DNA from: the human T2T-CHM13v2.0 reference genome, Homo sapiens | DNA: 64,000 nucleotides | Direction: 5' to 3' (one strand) | Assembly: GCF_009914755.1 (NCBI RefSeq) | Contig: NC_060926.1 | Shown here: positions 12,326-29,740 of the stretch, in pieces | Numbering within the stretch: position 1 is the first letter of the stretch | How the letters are laid out: every line of letters starts with the position of its first letter | The notes under the pieces: generated by a model | Database searches by the model: none | What the model saw: the letters and a program-made list of their open reading frames with translations, nothing else | Told to the model about the DNA's origin: nothing | Made by a program: the position numbers and the translations under genes

Positions 12326-12776
<451 letters not shown>

Positions 12777-13509
12777 TCATCCCAGGCTCCACGTGGCTCC
12801 ACCCCGGGCCCCCTGAGAAGGGCCAGGGTACCATCCACCTGGCCTCCTAGGGCACAGCAGGGCTGTCCTCAGGACCTCAGCCCTCCTTGCCACTCTCAAA
12901 CCCAGGGCCACCTAGGGCCACAGGGGCACTGCCAGCAGGAGCCCAACGGCTCCACTCCGAGCTCCAGGGCTCTTCCTGCATTTGGCTTTTACAACAAATC
13001 CCAACGACAAGCGACTTCGCCCACTGGGGGCTACCGCAGAGGTGACCCTGACCAAGGGTGTAGCCAACACGGGCCTGCCAGGAAGCCCCCTGCTCCACCA
13101 GAATCGTCCCCTACATGACAGAGATGGCTCGTTGCCAGTGGCAAGTCCCTCCCCATGGGCTGGCCCAGCCTCCCGTCTGCTCTCAGCAGGGCCAGACCAC
13201 ACGCTGGGGCTACTCAATTCTACACCTGCTGCTGTGCCGTGCACCACAGGGAACCAACAACTCCAGCCAAGTGTGGCCCTTTCCTACACTCAGTCCACAG
13301 CTGGTTTCCTCAGCGTACAAGGAAACCGTTACAAGTAGTATCTTCTGGAAAGGGAGCGAGACAGGACTGCTCAGTTTCAGGGTGGCCACAAGGTTCTCTA
13401 TACTCCAGACCCTGGGCACCACTAGCCACTTGCCCCTCACAGGCCCCGGCCTCTCTAAGGTCAGTGGGGCTCAGGACGTTACAAGAGCCACATCCACCCC
13501 CAGCAGGAC

Positions 13510-13618
13510 CTTTGATGTCTCGGTGGATCTTGCGTTCGGAGTGCAGATAATCCAGGCCCTTCAGAATCTCCCGCAGGATCGTGGCAATGTATGTCTCCTC
13601 CAGGGGACCTGGTTTAAG
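13510..13618 (-). CDS. STK25: STK25 coding exon (LKPGPLEE...KIHRDIK)
   Basis: HRD catalytic loop; ctccag|CTT...G|gtcc. Confidence 0.97.
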
Positions 13619-14076
13619 CTGGAGAGGAAGGTGCGACAGCAGGGCCTCAGCTCCTGTCCCAGGCCCAATGCCTGAGTTCTCTGCCTCTCTCACAGGGAAG
13701 GGCTGTCCCTGCAGATAGCTGGGGGCTTCGTGTTCCTTTACTTCCCAAACAGAACTAAGTTTCAGATGGGAGTGGGGTGGTGGAGGCTCTTTCTAAAGCA
13801 TATAAACCAGCCTCACCTTACTGTCATGTAACAGAAAAATAGGCTCCCAGCCATCTCCCCGCAGGCCTGCCCCCGCCCACTCCCACAGGCCAGGACCCCT
13901 TTCAGCACCAACTGGGCAGACGTGCAGATGGCAGTTCATTTTTGCTTTAGACGATTCCTAATTAACACCTAACGTGCCATGACACCAAACGAGAGGTGGC
14001 CCCTGGAGCCCATGAGTCTGAGGGGCAGGGGACTCGGACACTGCATGACCCCCCACTGCCATGGCCTATGCCTCAC

Positions 14077-14133
14077 CAAGTCCAGTGCTGAGCCGCCGCC
14101 CAGGTACTCCATGATGATCCATAGCTTGGTGCT
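14077..14133 (-). CDS. STK25: STK25 coding exon (STKLWIIMEYLGGGSALDL)
   Basis: Hinge region; cccag|AGC...TTG|gtgag. Confidence 0.97.
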
Positions 14134-14814
14134 CTGGGACCGGAGACAAACCCATCAGCATTTGGCAGCAAGAGGAAGGGCATGCTCCAGGGTGGGAGTC
14201 ACAGGCCGGAGTCAGCCAGGGCCCAGGCCCCACCGGTCCCATCCCTGCCAAGAACCCTGAACAGGAAAGGGCTCTCTCGGCCTTGCCCATCTTCCCCTCC
14301 TGCCACACTACTGCTACAGATGCTCAGAGGACAGGTTGAGTACACACAGCAGTGGCTGACTCCACTTCACCAAGACCCCATCAAAAACCAGGCTGCTGAT
14401 CCAGTCCTACAGGGCTGGGAAGAGGGCATGGCTGGCAAGCATGTGACCCGACACACCCATCACCCTCCTGGGCAGGATGGCCACAGCGTTCCCTACACCC
14501 CAGACACTGGCACCACCAGCCACCTGCTCCTCACAGGCCCACTCACCACTGCCAGTAGGGGCCCCCCAGAGTGCTCCTAGCAGCACCCTCACTGCATTAC
14601 CACAGGCAGGCAAGTGGGTCCCAATGGCCATTTAGAGCCAACTGACCCTCGTGGACGAGGGCTCACACCCTGCCTGCCCAGGGCAGTTTCCCGGAGGGCA
14701 TGCACTGAACCGTCAAGACCGCCTTGCACCCTCTGGCATGTCACTCAGTCCCTCTGACATGGAAGAGAGCCGGGCACAGCACCAGCAGGGTCCCCGCCTC
14801 CCCACAACAGGCAC

Positions 14815-15540
<726 letters not shown>

Positions 15541-15792
15541 CTAAACTGAACTTTCCATGCAAGGGAAAAAGTCCCCAGAAAGTATAAAGAGGCCAGGCCA
15601 ACTCGATGAACCCTGCTGGAAACAGGAGCTTTAGGTGATGACACGGCGTGAAGGTTGCCTCATCTAACCCGAACAACATGCCAGCCCCGTGACAGATGTT
15701 AATAGGTGAATGGCCCCTGGGGGTGAGGGGGGATTTGGGAGCTCTTACTTAATTTGTTATAAATCTGAAATTACTAAAAAATAAACTCATCA

Positions 15793-16103
<311 letters not shown>

Positions 16104-16410
16104 ACCTCATCAAAAACAAAAAACCTCAGTATGTGTTAACCAAGTTCTCCTCCACTCCTGAAAGTCACGTATTTAGAAAGGGCTTCCCTCACCCCTCCAT
16201 AAGTCCTCCTGACAGCTACACCAGCGCGGAGTTAGAAACTTGATGCTTTCTTGATGCAGAAAGCTGCCTCACACAGTCCTCAGATTTAAAGAAGCAATGC
16301 CTAAAAGTTTCTGAGCCAGTGGTGTGGAAGGTGCCTGGGGTCTGTGGCCCAGGCCCAGAGTCCAGGGGAAGCCAGCAGAGGTGTGTCCTCAAGCCTCGAC
16401 CCTTTTTTAA

Positions 16411-16708
<298 letters not shown>

Positions 16709-16767
16709 TAACAACATCAAGGGTCTTGATGCCAATTTAGTGTGGCAGAGCATAAAAAGGCAAAACA

Positions 16768-17044
16768 GGCTGGGCGCAGTGGTTCACGCCTGTAATCCCA
16801 ACACTTTGGGAGGCCGAGGCGGGCAGATCACGAGGTCAGGAGATCAAGACCACCCTGGCTAACATGGTGAAACCCCGTCTCTACTAAAAAATACAAAAAA
16901 TTAGCCGGGTGTGGTGGTGGGCGCCTGCAGTCCCAGCTACTCGGGAGGCTGAGGCAGGATAATATCATGAACCCAGGAGGCGGAGATCGTGCCACTGCAC
17001 TCCAGCCTGGGCAACAGAGCAAGACTCCGTCTCAAAAAAAAAAA
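16768..17044 (+). mobile_element. AluY/Sc-like element
   Basis: Dimeric Alu; TSD AAAAGGCAAAAC. Confidence 0.93.
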
Positions 17045-18228
17045 GGCAAAACGACTAATTATGCCACACAAAAAAACACTGAAGACAGGACAGGTCCTTG
17101 GGTGGGGGTGCCCTGCACGTTCCTGGGCCTGCGGAGACCGTGCCCACCAAGAAGGATGGGGTACACCACACACAGCCCTCACACTCACCCCCTGGACACC
17201 TGTGTGCTGGGTCCACCCCAGGCCTAAGCCCAGCGGAGGAGCTGGCTGAAGCCAACTGGACATCGCACCAGCCTGAGGCGACACTTCCGTGTGAAACTGC
17301 CAATTAGCTGACCTCCCAGGGTTCCTAACCAGGAGGGTGGAAGGGGCGGCACACAGGCCCCCACCTTGAAACATGCCGCTGCACATCCCTTTTTGAGTGC
17401 CAGACCTCGAGGTGACTGGAACTCTGGGGAAGGAAAGGCAGTTAGGGGAGGGCCAGAGGCCACCTAACCTTTCCCTGCAAGGCTGGCTTGTCAAGGCCCG
17501 GGGGTGTGCAGGTGGCCTCCATGCAGCAGCTAGAGCAGGCCAGCTGCAGTGTACACACAGACCCTTGCTTAGCCCAAAGGTCTGGCCAGTTGAGACAGCT
17601 GGTCGAGTCAAAAGTGACCTTTCTCATTCTCTCATCAGTACAGCAGCCCAGTCCTAAAGCCAGTACCCATGGAGGAAACAGCAGGGGGTGCCTTGAGCCC
17701 ACCTGCTACCAGGAGTCCCCAAAGCCAAGGTCAAGAAACTCGGCAGGATAGAGAGAGCTGAGTACTGCCTGGGGTCATTCCGGTCAAGGTGAGCTGTGTC
17801 TGCCCCCAGCCCCATCACTGCTGCTGACCATGTGTTCTAAAGAGAAGCCAGGAAAAATTCAAAGCTGACAAGTCACAGGTGCTCAGCTGTCTCCAGGTTG
17901 AGGGTGGGTGGCACAGATGAGGTGAGAACCAGCCCCTATCTGAAAGGAAAGTCAACCCAGAACATGCAATCTTTTTTTGAGATGGGGGGTCTCGCTGTGT
18001 GCCCAGGCTGGTCTCCTCAGCCTCCTGAGTAGCTGGGCCCACAAGTGCATGTCAAAGCATAAGCTCATCAGCCCACTGGCTGTCATAGGTAAGCAGTCAG
18101 TGTTAAAATATCACCCTCCTGCCATAGAGAGCATCATCTCCGTTTCCTCCTCCCTGTTTGCTCCATTTCTGGTGGAGGACCACCCGTTCCTAGCCCAGTC
18201 CTGGATGCCAGGTGCAGGACAAGGTTAA

Positions 18229-18494
<266 letters not shown>

Positions 18495-19798
18495 CAGAAG
18501 CAGCCCCTCTTCTGCCTGCTCCTCCTCCAGCAGGCCCAACGCCACCTTGTCAAATCCTCCCTGTTTGCTCAGCCCATCAACGCTTACTCGGGGCCCTGGG
18601 ACGCTGCTCCACCGAGCCGTTAGCCTGTAGGCCTGGCCTCAGCCTCAACCCAACCCTGCCCAAGCACCTGGAAAGACCCCAAGGGAGTCCTCCTGGGGAT
18701 TCCAGAGGTCTGTTGGTGCCCTGAGCTTGTGTCCTCCCATCTACTCCTGTCTAAGGTGGCCTGAGAGAGGGCCTGGAGAAAGCAGGGCCATGACCTGGCA
18801 GCATTACCCAGCACCACCACCCCTCCGACTCTTCAGGCCTCTCTGGATGACGCGTCCTCCCGCCCTGCTCTACTCCCTGCTCCCTGCTGAGGCCATGCTG
18901 CTCTCCACACAGGGCCTGGAGCTGAATCTGCTCCATCACAGCAGCCCCGGAAGGGAAACCCCTGGGTGGGCACTCAGACCTCTACTGCTTCACAGCAGGG
19001 GAGCACAGCGGACCCCTAAGCCAGAGCCAGGGCTCATCAGCCCAAGCAGAAACTGTGTGACAGGAACCCTCTTGGCTGTGATCCTGGCCCTACAATGACA
19101 TCGCAGGCCAAGCCAAGGCAAGCCATCCCCACCCCCACCTGGAGAAGAAAGGGTAAGTGGGCCCCTGGCCTGGAGGCTGCGAATCCTCTTTTGGATGTAG
19201 CAGCAGCTGTGGCCTGGATGATCACTCGGGCCACTCAGCTGACTCGGGCGGTGGACACCTGTTCTCCACATTAGCCCTGGGGCTGCCAGGTCTGGGGCCT
19301 CCACTTGCCAATGTGTCTGCTGTCAGTGTTGCCCCACAAAACAAGGGGAATGACCCAGCACACATAGCTGAGTGGTGATACAGTGCTCTGGCACCCCACA
19401 GCCATTCGGGCCCTCCAGGGCCAGGCAGGAACTGGCCAGGTAGAGGGGAGAAGTCTAAGGCAGGAGCACAGGCTATGGGGGGAACGCGCCCCACTCTCCC
19501 ACAAAGGGGCTGCCCCACAGGTCCACAGGACACCATGGCAACCATCTCAGGAGAAAACCACAGCCCCTCAGGTTTTCTGCCACTATATGAAGTCAAGTCT
19601 CTCATCATCCAGGCTGGGACAAAGGGATCCCTAAAAGGACAAAAGGAGCTTCCTACCTTTGGAATCCCTTCTCCAATGTGCCCGCACTCCCTTCCCTGTG
19701 TGCGATCGCACCAAGAACCAATAGCACACAGTTACAGGGCACCTCGGAGCTCCAATTTCTCATCCTGTGACCCAAAGGAGTTATTTCTGCAGTTCTTA

Positions 19799-20209
<411 letters not shown>

Positions 20210-21332
20210 TCAGCAACAGTCAGCAAGCCCCAGTCTCATCTGTGACCACGCAGGTCCAGGTTGCCTGGCCCAACAGCTGCACATGGTGTTCCGGGTCTCT
20301 AGGCTGGTCCGGTTTCCTCCAAAGCAGCCCTGACTCCAGTTCCTGCCCCTACGCGAACAGACGCCCTTCCTGTTCCACTGCAGGCCCTAACTCTCCATTC
20401 AGCACATAGGAGTGAACAAGGAGGGCCACACATTTTAGCGGCGATTCCAACGCCTTAGGTAGAGCCAAGGCATCAAGGAGAATAAAACCGAACAGCTAAG
20501 ATGTAAGAAAACCCAGCGGCCAGAGTCAAAAAAGTGGGGAGGGGTAGAGAATGCAAGTCCCCAGGCCCCAGGTTGGCTGTCCCCACCCTCCTTCCCCGGC
20601 AAGCCCTTTGGCACCAGCAGCTGGTCCTCATTCCAGGCTAAGGGCTCGCCGTAGTGGCTCCCTCCGAGGCTGTCCCACCAGACGCTTAAAGGTGGCTCCA
20701 TAGTGGAAACGACTTCTTTAAAGAAGAAAGATGAGTCTCATGTTCGGGCAACCGCCCGTCGCAGGGGTTAAACGGTCCTGACAGAGCAGCCTTTTCACCC
20801 TCCCCTGGGCCAAAGCACACACGTGTTCTCTGCTTTCCCTGCACACCGGCCACTCAGATCTGCTTCTCCACAATCTCAGCCCCTCAGCGCCCGCCAGGGT
20901 CTCCCCTACAGCCCCTGCCCAGCCCAACACGGCCAGAATGACCCGCGGCCCAGGCCGAGGCCGCAGGGTGGCCCCCGACCTTCCACTGCCTTCGGATGCT
21001 GACATGAGGTTCCCGCCCCGCGCTGGGGGCAGCGCCCCGTCCCTGCGCCCGTGTCTCTTCACGCACCTCCACCGCCCTCGCACAGGCGGAGCCACCAGGG
21101 GCTCGGTTTCTAGAGGCCTGCGAGCTTCTGCCACGCAAAACGCCACAGGCACACGGCAGAGCCCCGGGGCCGCCCTGCGCCCACCTCAGGACGGCTCCGC
21201 TGGTCGCACGACGCGCGCTCCTTCCCTCACCCCACTGCCCGCTCCGGCGTGGCGCTCCCCTCTGAACCCCCAGGAGACTCTGGAGCCCCTCGGTGAGAGG
21301 CCGCTAGTCTTCCTGACCTGCACCCTTCTCAC

Positions 21333-21362
21333 CTGGTTGGCAAATCCCCGGAGGTGAGCCAT
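21333..21362 (-). CDS. STK25: STK25 first coding segment (MAHLRGFANQ) in exon 2 (exon ~21333-21462)
   Basis: GCGGCC ATG G strong Kozak; CAG|gtgaga donor; all exons sum to 1281 nt = 426 aa + stop. Confidence 0.96.
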
Positions 21363-21769
21363 GGCCGCGCCGCCTCAGACCCTCCGCCAGCAGCCCCAGG
21401 AGGCGTCTGGATCCCGCGGAGAGGCGCGGAGCCGGCTAGCTCGCCCCTGCGGCGTCAGTCCACTGCGAGGGACACCAGGGGCGCTCGGTGCCCAGTTCAG
21501 TCATCTGAGACCGACCTCCGGGGCGGCGGGCTCCATGGGTGGGGGGGGGCCCAGGAGACCCCCCAGGCCGCCGGGGCCCCGCCACGCCCGGGCCTAACGC
21601 CCAGGCTCCCGGGGGCTCGCCGCCCCTCCCGTCGCCGCCCCCACCTCTTCCAAGGCAGCTTCCTCCCGGTGCCCCCGCCCCGGTGTCCCCGCCACCGAGC
21701 CCCGCCCCGGGCCCCTCCCTCTGCCCCCTCCCCAATCGCCGCAAGCGCCCCGCCCGGCAGCGCGCCCAC

Positions 21770-21920
21770 CTCCGCGGGGCTCCATCCCGGCCTCCCCCGG
21801 CCCGCTCTGCAGCGCCCGCGAAGGCTCCCACCCGCAGCCTCTGTTCGCCCGGGGACCCCGGGCCTCCCAGCCCGCGAAGCAACGGTGGTGGCGGCAGCGA
21901 CCGGAGAAAGCCCGGAGGCG
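21770..21920 (-). other. STK25: STK25 non-coding exon 1 (5' end approximate)
   Basis: GAG|gtgggc donor at 21770/21769 within the CpG island, downstream of promoter motifs; TSS not exactly determinable. Confidence 0.65.
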
Positions 21921-22504
21921 ACGGCGAGGGCGGTGCTCGGCGTCGCGGCCCGCGCACGGCTCTCTGGGACCCCGAGTCCCACCGCCCACTCCGGGCCCGG
22001 AAGCCTGCTGGCGTTGGACTACAAGTCCCGGCAGGCTGCGCGAGAGGGGGCCGGGGCTCGCATGCGCGCCGCGAGGCTCTCTGGGACCCCTAGTCCTGCT
22101 CCCGAAAGGTTTGGACTGCGTCTCCCGGCAGGCCGCGCGCCTGGGCGGGCGGGGCACGTGGTCGTTGTCGCGTCGCGCCCTCCCTGCCTCGCCCTCGCGG
22201 GTCTTCTGCGTTTGCTGGCGCCTGCCAGGCGTCGTCTCCGACGTTACGGCGGCCGCGCGGCCCTCTCCCTTGGGCTCTGCCCTGCGCAGCCCTGGTTCGA
22301 GCGGGCCAGTGAGGCCCGGCGCCCTCCCCGCCTCGCCACGAGGATCCACCGCGGCCGCCCAGGCTTCTAGCCTTGTCGTCACGGCACGGAGATAAGCCCG
22401 CGCTGGCCACATCGCGAAGCCCCTGTTCGCACTGAGACCCCGCCCGGGATCACGCGCACAGGCCAGGGCGCACCAGGCCTTGGAGAAGCTACCGGCACAG
22501 CCCA

Positions 22505-22620
22505 TTCCTTGGGCGAGTTGCTTCGCCTCTCCTGCCTCAGTTTCCTTACCTGTAAAGGGGTGGTCATAGGACGTCCTTGGTCACACCGTTGTGGGACCCA
22601 CCTGGGCTAGAGCGCGGGAC
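22505..22620 (+). mobile_element. MIR fragment
   Basis: CCTTGGGCGAGTTGCTT..CCTCAGTTTCCTTACCTGTAAAGGGG resembles the MIR core. Confidence 0.65.
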
Positions 22621-23291
22621 GCGCCCAGGACAGTGACTGCTGCTGGAAGCCGTCATGGCACTCCCCAGGGTCCGGGAGGGACTTGCAGATCCCAAGGCTA
22701 CCTGGTGCGTCCCCGTGCCCCGTGGGCCGCCAGGTCATAGTGCCCCCTGTGTGCATTCCCCTAGTGCACCGCAGGGATCCCCACCTGTCCGGTGAGGAAG
22801 ATTTGTCCCTCCTGCATACTGTGTCCACCCTTACAGGCCCTCACTCTCCATGATGGCTCAGCACAGGTGACTATCCTGACCTCCTCACATCCCTCCTTCT
22901 TCGAGAGGGTTCTGGCGTTTCTCTCTGCTCCCTGGTGCGTGTCTTCTCATGGTGCACTGCCGAGTCCTTTAAGAAGCTATGCTTCCCTGTCATGCGTCCA
23001 GGACAGCCCCTTGAACCCCTCCTGGGTCCGCATCTCTCATCACCCCTGCTTCTTTACATACTGACTTGGCTTTGTTTGTGCTTTGACTCCCCAGGAGAAA
23101 GTGGGCTTCCTGCAAGCGGAGCTGTGCCCAGGACCATGCCAGCCCACGGCAGGCGCTCAGTAATGTTTGTTGAATGAATGTGTAAATGCATGAAGATAAT
23201 ATATGTATTTAATGCATGTAAATAGATGCCTGCTGCATCTCTGGCCTTCGTGTGGTCGGTAATCGCTGCACTTTTCCGAAGTGCCTAGAAG

Positions 23292-23582
23292 AGGCTGGGA
23301 GCAGTGGCTCACACCTGTAATCCCAGCACTTTGGGAGGCTGAGGCAGGCAGATCACTTGAGGTTGGGAGTTCGGGGCCAGCCTAGCCAACATGGTGAAAC
23401 TTCATCTCTACTAAAAATACAAAAATTAGCCAGGCATGGTAGTGCGTGCCTGTAGTCCCAGCTACTAGGGAGGCTGAGTCAGGAGAATCGCTTGAACCTG
23501 GGAGTTGGAGGTTGCTGTGAGTCAAGATCATGCCACGGTACTCCAGCCTGGGAGACCGAGCAAGGCTCTGCCTCAAAAAACA
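23292..23582 (+). mobile_element. AluS element
   Basis: Dimeric Alu; TSD AAGTGCCTAGAAGA. Confidence 0.93.
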
Positions 23583-23792
23583 AATTAATAAAAGTGCCTA
23601 GAAGAGTTTTTCAGCCTTTGCCTGCTTTTGGCCAATTGTTAACCCTTTGCTCCTGGCTGCTGTCTTGCTAAGCTGCCGTCCGGACGTGATCATCACCATG
23701 TCTTTTCCTGCATTGACCTTCCAGGCCCTTCATCCCGTTTCTCTTGTTTTCCATTTCTTTTTTGTTGTTGTATACTTCTATTATTCTTCGGG

Positions 23793-24452
<660 letters not shown>

Positions 24453-26041
24453 TCTCTATTTTTCACCTCCAAGAAATTTTAGTTTTTTCTCTGGGCACTC
24501 ACTTTCTTCCTTGGGAATATGGCGCTAATAGTACTTTTCTTGTAGATTGTGAGAATAACACCGTATGTGGCGGGCCTGGCCCTTGGCAGGTGCTCAGAGA
24601 GTCACTGTGTTTATTATTGACAAGGCTGACCTTGGGTGGGAGGAGGGAACACTCACAATTGAGCCCCTTGGGCAGCTTACCTTCAGGTCCAGTCACTTGG
24701 TGACTGCAACAGCCCTCCGAGGCAGGCAAGGGATAACTAAGAGGTAAAGGGACGTGCCCAAGGCCACAACCAGAATATGGCAAAGACAGGATTGAACCCA
24801 GGTCTCCTGAGTCCTGTTTGTATGCTGCTGGGAATTCAGGTAGGAGTGGAGAGAAGCTGGAGTTGGACTTTGTGTCAACCTGGGTCAGGTGTGAGTTGGC
24901 CAAGCCACCCTCTGGTTTGACAGACAAGGAAATGAAACCCAGAAAGAGGACAGCATAGCAGCATCTGGATTAGAACTGGGTTCCCCTTCTGATTAAGATA
25001 AGAGATCGGGCACTTGAGCTTGTTCTTCTTTCCCTACCAGGGACCTGATAACTTGTCAAAAGGGGCTCAGGAAGGGAGGCTAAACCCTGAAACTGTTCAG
25101 AGAAAGGAGTGGGTTCCCAGCAGGTGAGTGCCACAAATGTCCAGAGGTAAAGCTTGGTGACAGTGAAATGGGGGGAAGAAGCCTTCACTTGAGCCCCCTC
25201 CATTGGATACAGAGCCCTGGAAAGGTGAGGGGCTGGAGCTGGGGGAGAGGAGGTCGACAGCAGAGACACCATGGAGACAGGTATGTGCATGAGTCAACAG
25301 CTTCCCACTCCTCATCCCTCCATCCCCTCACAGACACAAATCATACAGCAACAGGGTTTCCTAGCATAAATAATGTGGGGGTATTCCAGAAAAAGACACC
25401 CCTGTAAGGTGGGATTTAGGCTGGCCTGAGAGTGGGCTTCCTACACAGTCTCTACAGCAAAGCCCAGCGCTTGACAAGTCCTGCTTTTGAATGCAAACTC
25501 CTTGTGAGCTTCCTAACACCTCAGTCTTAGTCTCTTTAAGACTGCTAAGGATATTGGGTATTTGGGAAGACTTTCAACATGAACAATAGAGACCAACGTA
25601 AATTAGAAAGATGACGTGAGAAGAAATAGAAACACAGAGAAATGAAGAGCATTCTGGAACCTCGTTAGAACATTCCTAGAACAAACACAGAATGCTTCAA
25701 GAAACAGCCCAAGAAAAGGCTATCAGGAGATAAAATGACAATAGATTAAAATTACCGCAGGCTCTTGGATTCTTACTTTTGGAGAAGTCAGCCTAAGAAA
25801 TCTACCCAGAAACTCATGTGGAAAAGACACGCAAAGGTAGATGCAGAGCCAGCCCTGAGCTGTGTGGCCACCCCAATGTCAGACACATGAATGGAAATGG
25901 AATTCCAGCCTAGGTGAGCCTTCAGACAGCACCACCCCTAGGTTCTGTCACCACAACTCTTAGGAGGAGCCACTCAGCTGGGCTCAGTGAACCCACAGAA
26001 CCAAAGACATTGATAACATGTTTTAAGAAAAGTAAAGTTTA

Positions 26042-27555
<1,514 letters not shown>

Positions 27556-27715
27556 TCATCAGCAACATGGGATGCTAGAAGATAGTGGAGAAATACATTC
27601 AAAATGTAGAGGTGAAACAGTTGTCAACACAGAATTGGTTACCAAGTATAAGAATGTAATAAAGACATTTTCAGATTTGCACTACTTGGGAAAGCAAAAA
27701 GTTTACAAGCAAATG

Positions 27716-28600
27716 TATCAGGTGTCTGTTGCTGCATGACAACTCCAAAACTCAGCGGCTAAAAACAATACTTTGTTTTGCTCAAGAATCTGCAATTTGG
27801 ACAGGTCTTGATGGGGCACCTCTTTTCTGCTTCACATGTGCCAGCTGGGGCTGGAGGATCCAAGTTGAAGAAAACTCGCTTATGTGGCCACTCGGTCTGT
27901 ACTGGTTGAAGGCTGGAGCTCATCCAGGGCTGTGAGCCTGGGGCCTCCATTCTTCTCACTGGCTTCTCGAGCTTTCTCACAGTGTGGTAGGCAGGAGAGG
28001 GGATGAGAAGGTTGCATTAGTCTGCTCAGGCTGCTATAACAAAATACCAGCCTATGACTATGACAATAGACATTTATTTCTGACGGTTTTGGAGGCTAGG
28101 AAGTCTGAGATTAAGATGCTGGCTGATTCAGTTCCTGGTGAGGCCCTCTTCCTGGCTTGCAAATGGCTGCCTTCTCACTGTGTCCTCACATGGCAGACAG
28201 AGAGCTCTCTGGTGTCTCTTTTCATGAGGGCCCGATCCTGTTGGATCAGGGATCCACCCTTATGAACTCATTTAACTTGCATTAACTCCTTGTAAGCTTT
28301 ATCTCCAAATACATTGACGGTTAGGGCTTCAGCATATGAACTTTGGAGTAGAAGAGACACAAATGAGTCTGCAGCAGGAGATTCCAAAGGCTAGCATTCT
28401 GGAAGGAAAAGGTGCCAGTGCATGGCTTCGTAATGACCTGGCACAGTGCATGGCTTCGTAATGACCTGGCAGCTGGTTAGCACCACTTCCACCATCGTCA
28501 TGGCTCACCCAGATTTAAGGGGGGAAAGCATGTAACTCACATTGTGAGACAAACATAGAGGAGGGAGGTAATGTTGAGGCCATCTTTGGAAAACACAAAG
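27716..28600. mobile_element. Nested MLT1 (MaLR) LTR fragments
   Basis: CAAAACTCAGCGGCTAAAAACAATA; inner TGCATTAGTCTGCTCAGGCTGCTATAACAAAATACC..TGGAGGCTAGGAAGTC..CAGCATATGAACTTTGG. Confidence 0.7.
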
Positions 28601-29015
28601 ATGAGGGAATTATAGCTGTCACAGGCTCAGCAGTAATGTCTTAGGCTTAATAATGTAATTCCCATATGTTGATTTTTAACATTTATAATTATTCTCTATA
28701 GAACGTGAAGGTTTTCCACTTTAACCATGTAGAAGTAGAAGTAAGGAAGAAGATAGAAAAATGGCATCTAGAAGTAGGAGAAGAGAAAGGGAAACTGCAC
28801 TTCAGTCTTAGTTCAGAAAATGTCAGAATCACTTTTAGTTTCAAGCCACCGAGAGCAAAGACAACAATATGAACTGCTGCCTGGCCACAAAAGCTAAGGT
28901 TTTTTTGGTGTGAGAAGAAAGCATAGGACACTTCGGTGGGTAAAGAATGTTTTAAAACTCCAAGTCTACGGGACGTTTACATATGTACCATATAATAATT
29001 AAGAGTGAGTACAGC

Positions 29016-29584
<569 letters not shown>

Positions 29585-29740
29585 TTAATTGTTTTGTTTT
29601 AGCTCTGTTCCAGCCAGTGAACAAAGGGGAAGAGTAATTTTTTCAACAAATGGTGCTGGGATCTTGCAGATACCTGAACATGTGCAAGCTGCTGGAGGGC
29701 AGCATGCCCAGGGAGGGCAGATAAGCTCTGTGCTCACAAC

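Larger units (their letters stand above)
20930..22500. promoter_or_regulatory. STK25: CpG island / STK25 promoter
   Basis: Very high GC and CpG density spanning exon 1, exon 2 and upstream; ETS (CCGGAAG), ZNF143/THAP11-type (GACTACAAGTCCC) and NRF1-like (GCATGCGC) motifs. Confidence 0.93.

Noticed and set aside
21354-22505. 338-aa (+) and 303-aa (-) ORFs over the STK25 promoter
   Set aside because: GC-rich island lacks stop codons by composition; Pro/Arg/Gly/Ala-rich with no domain
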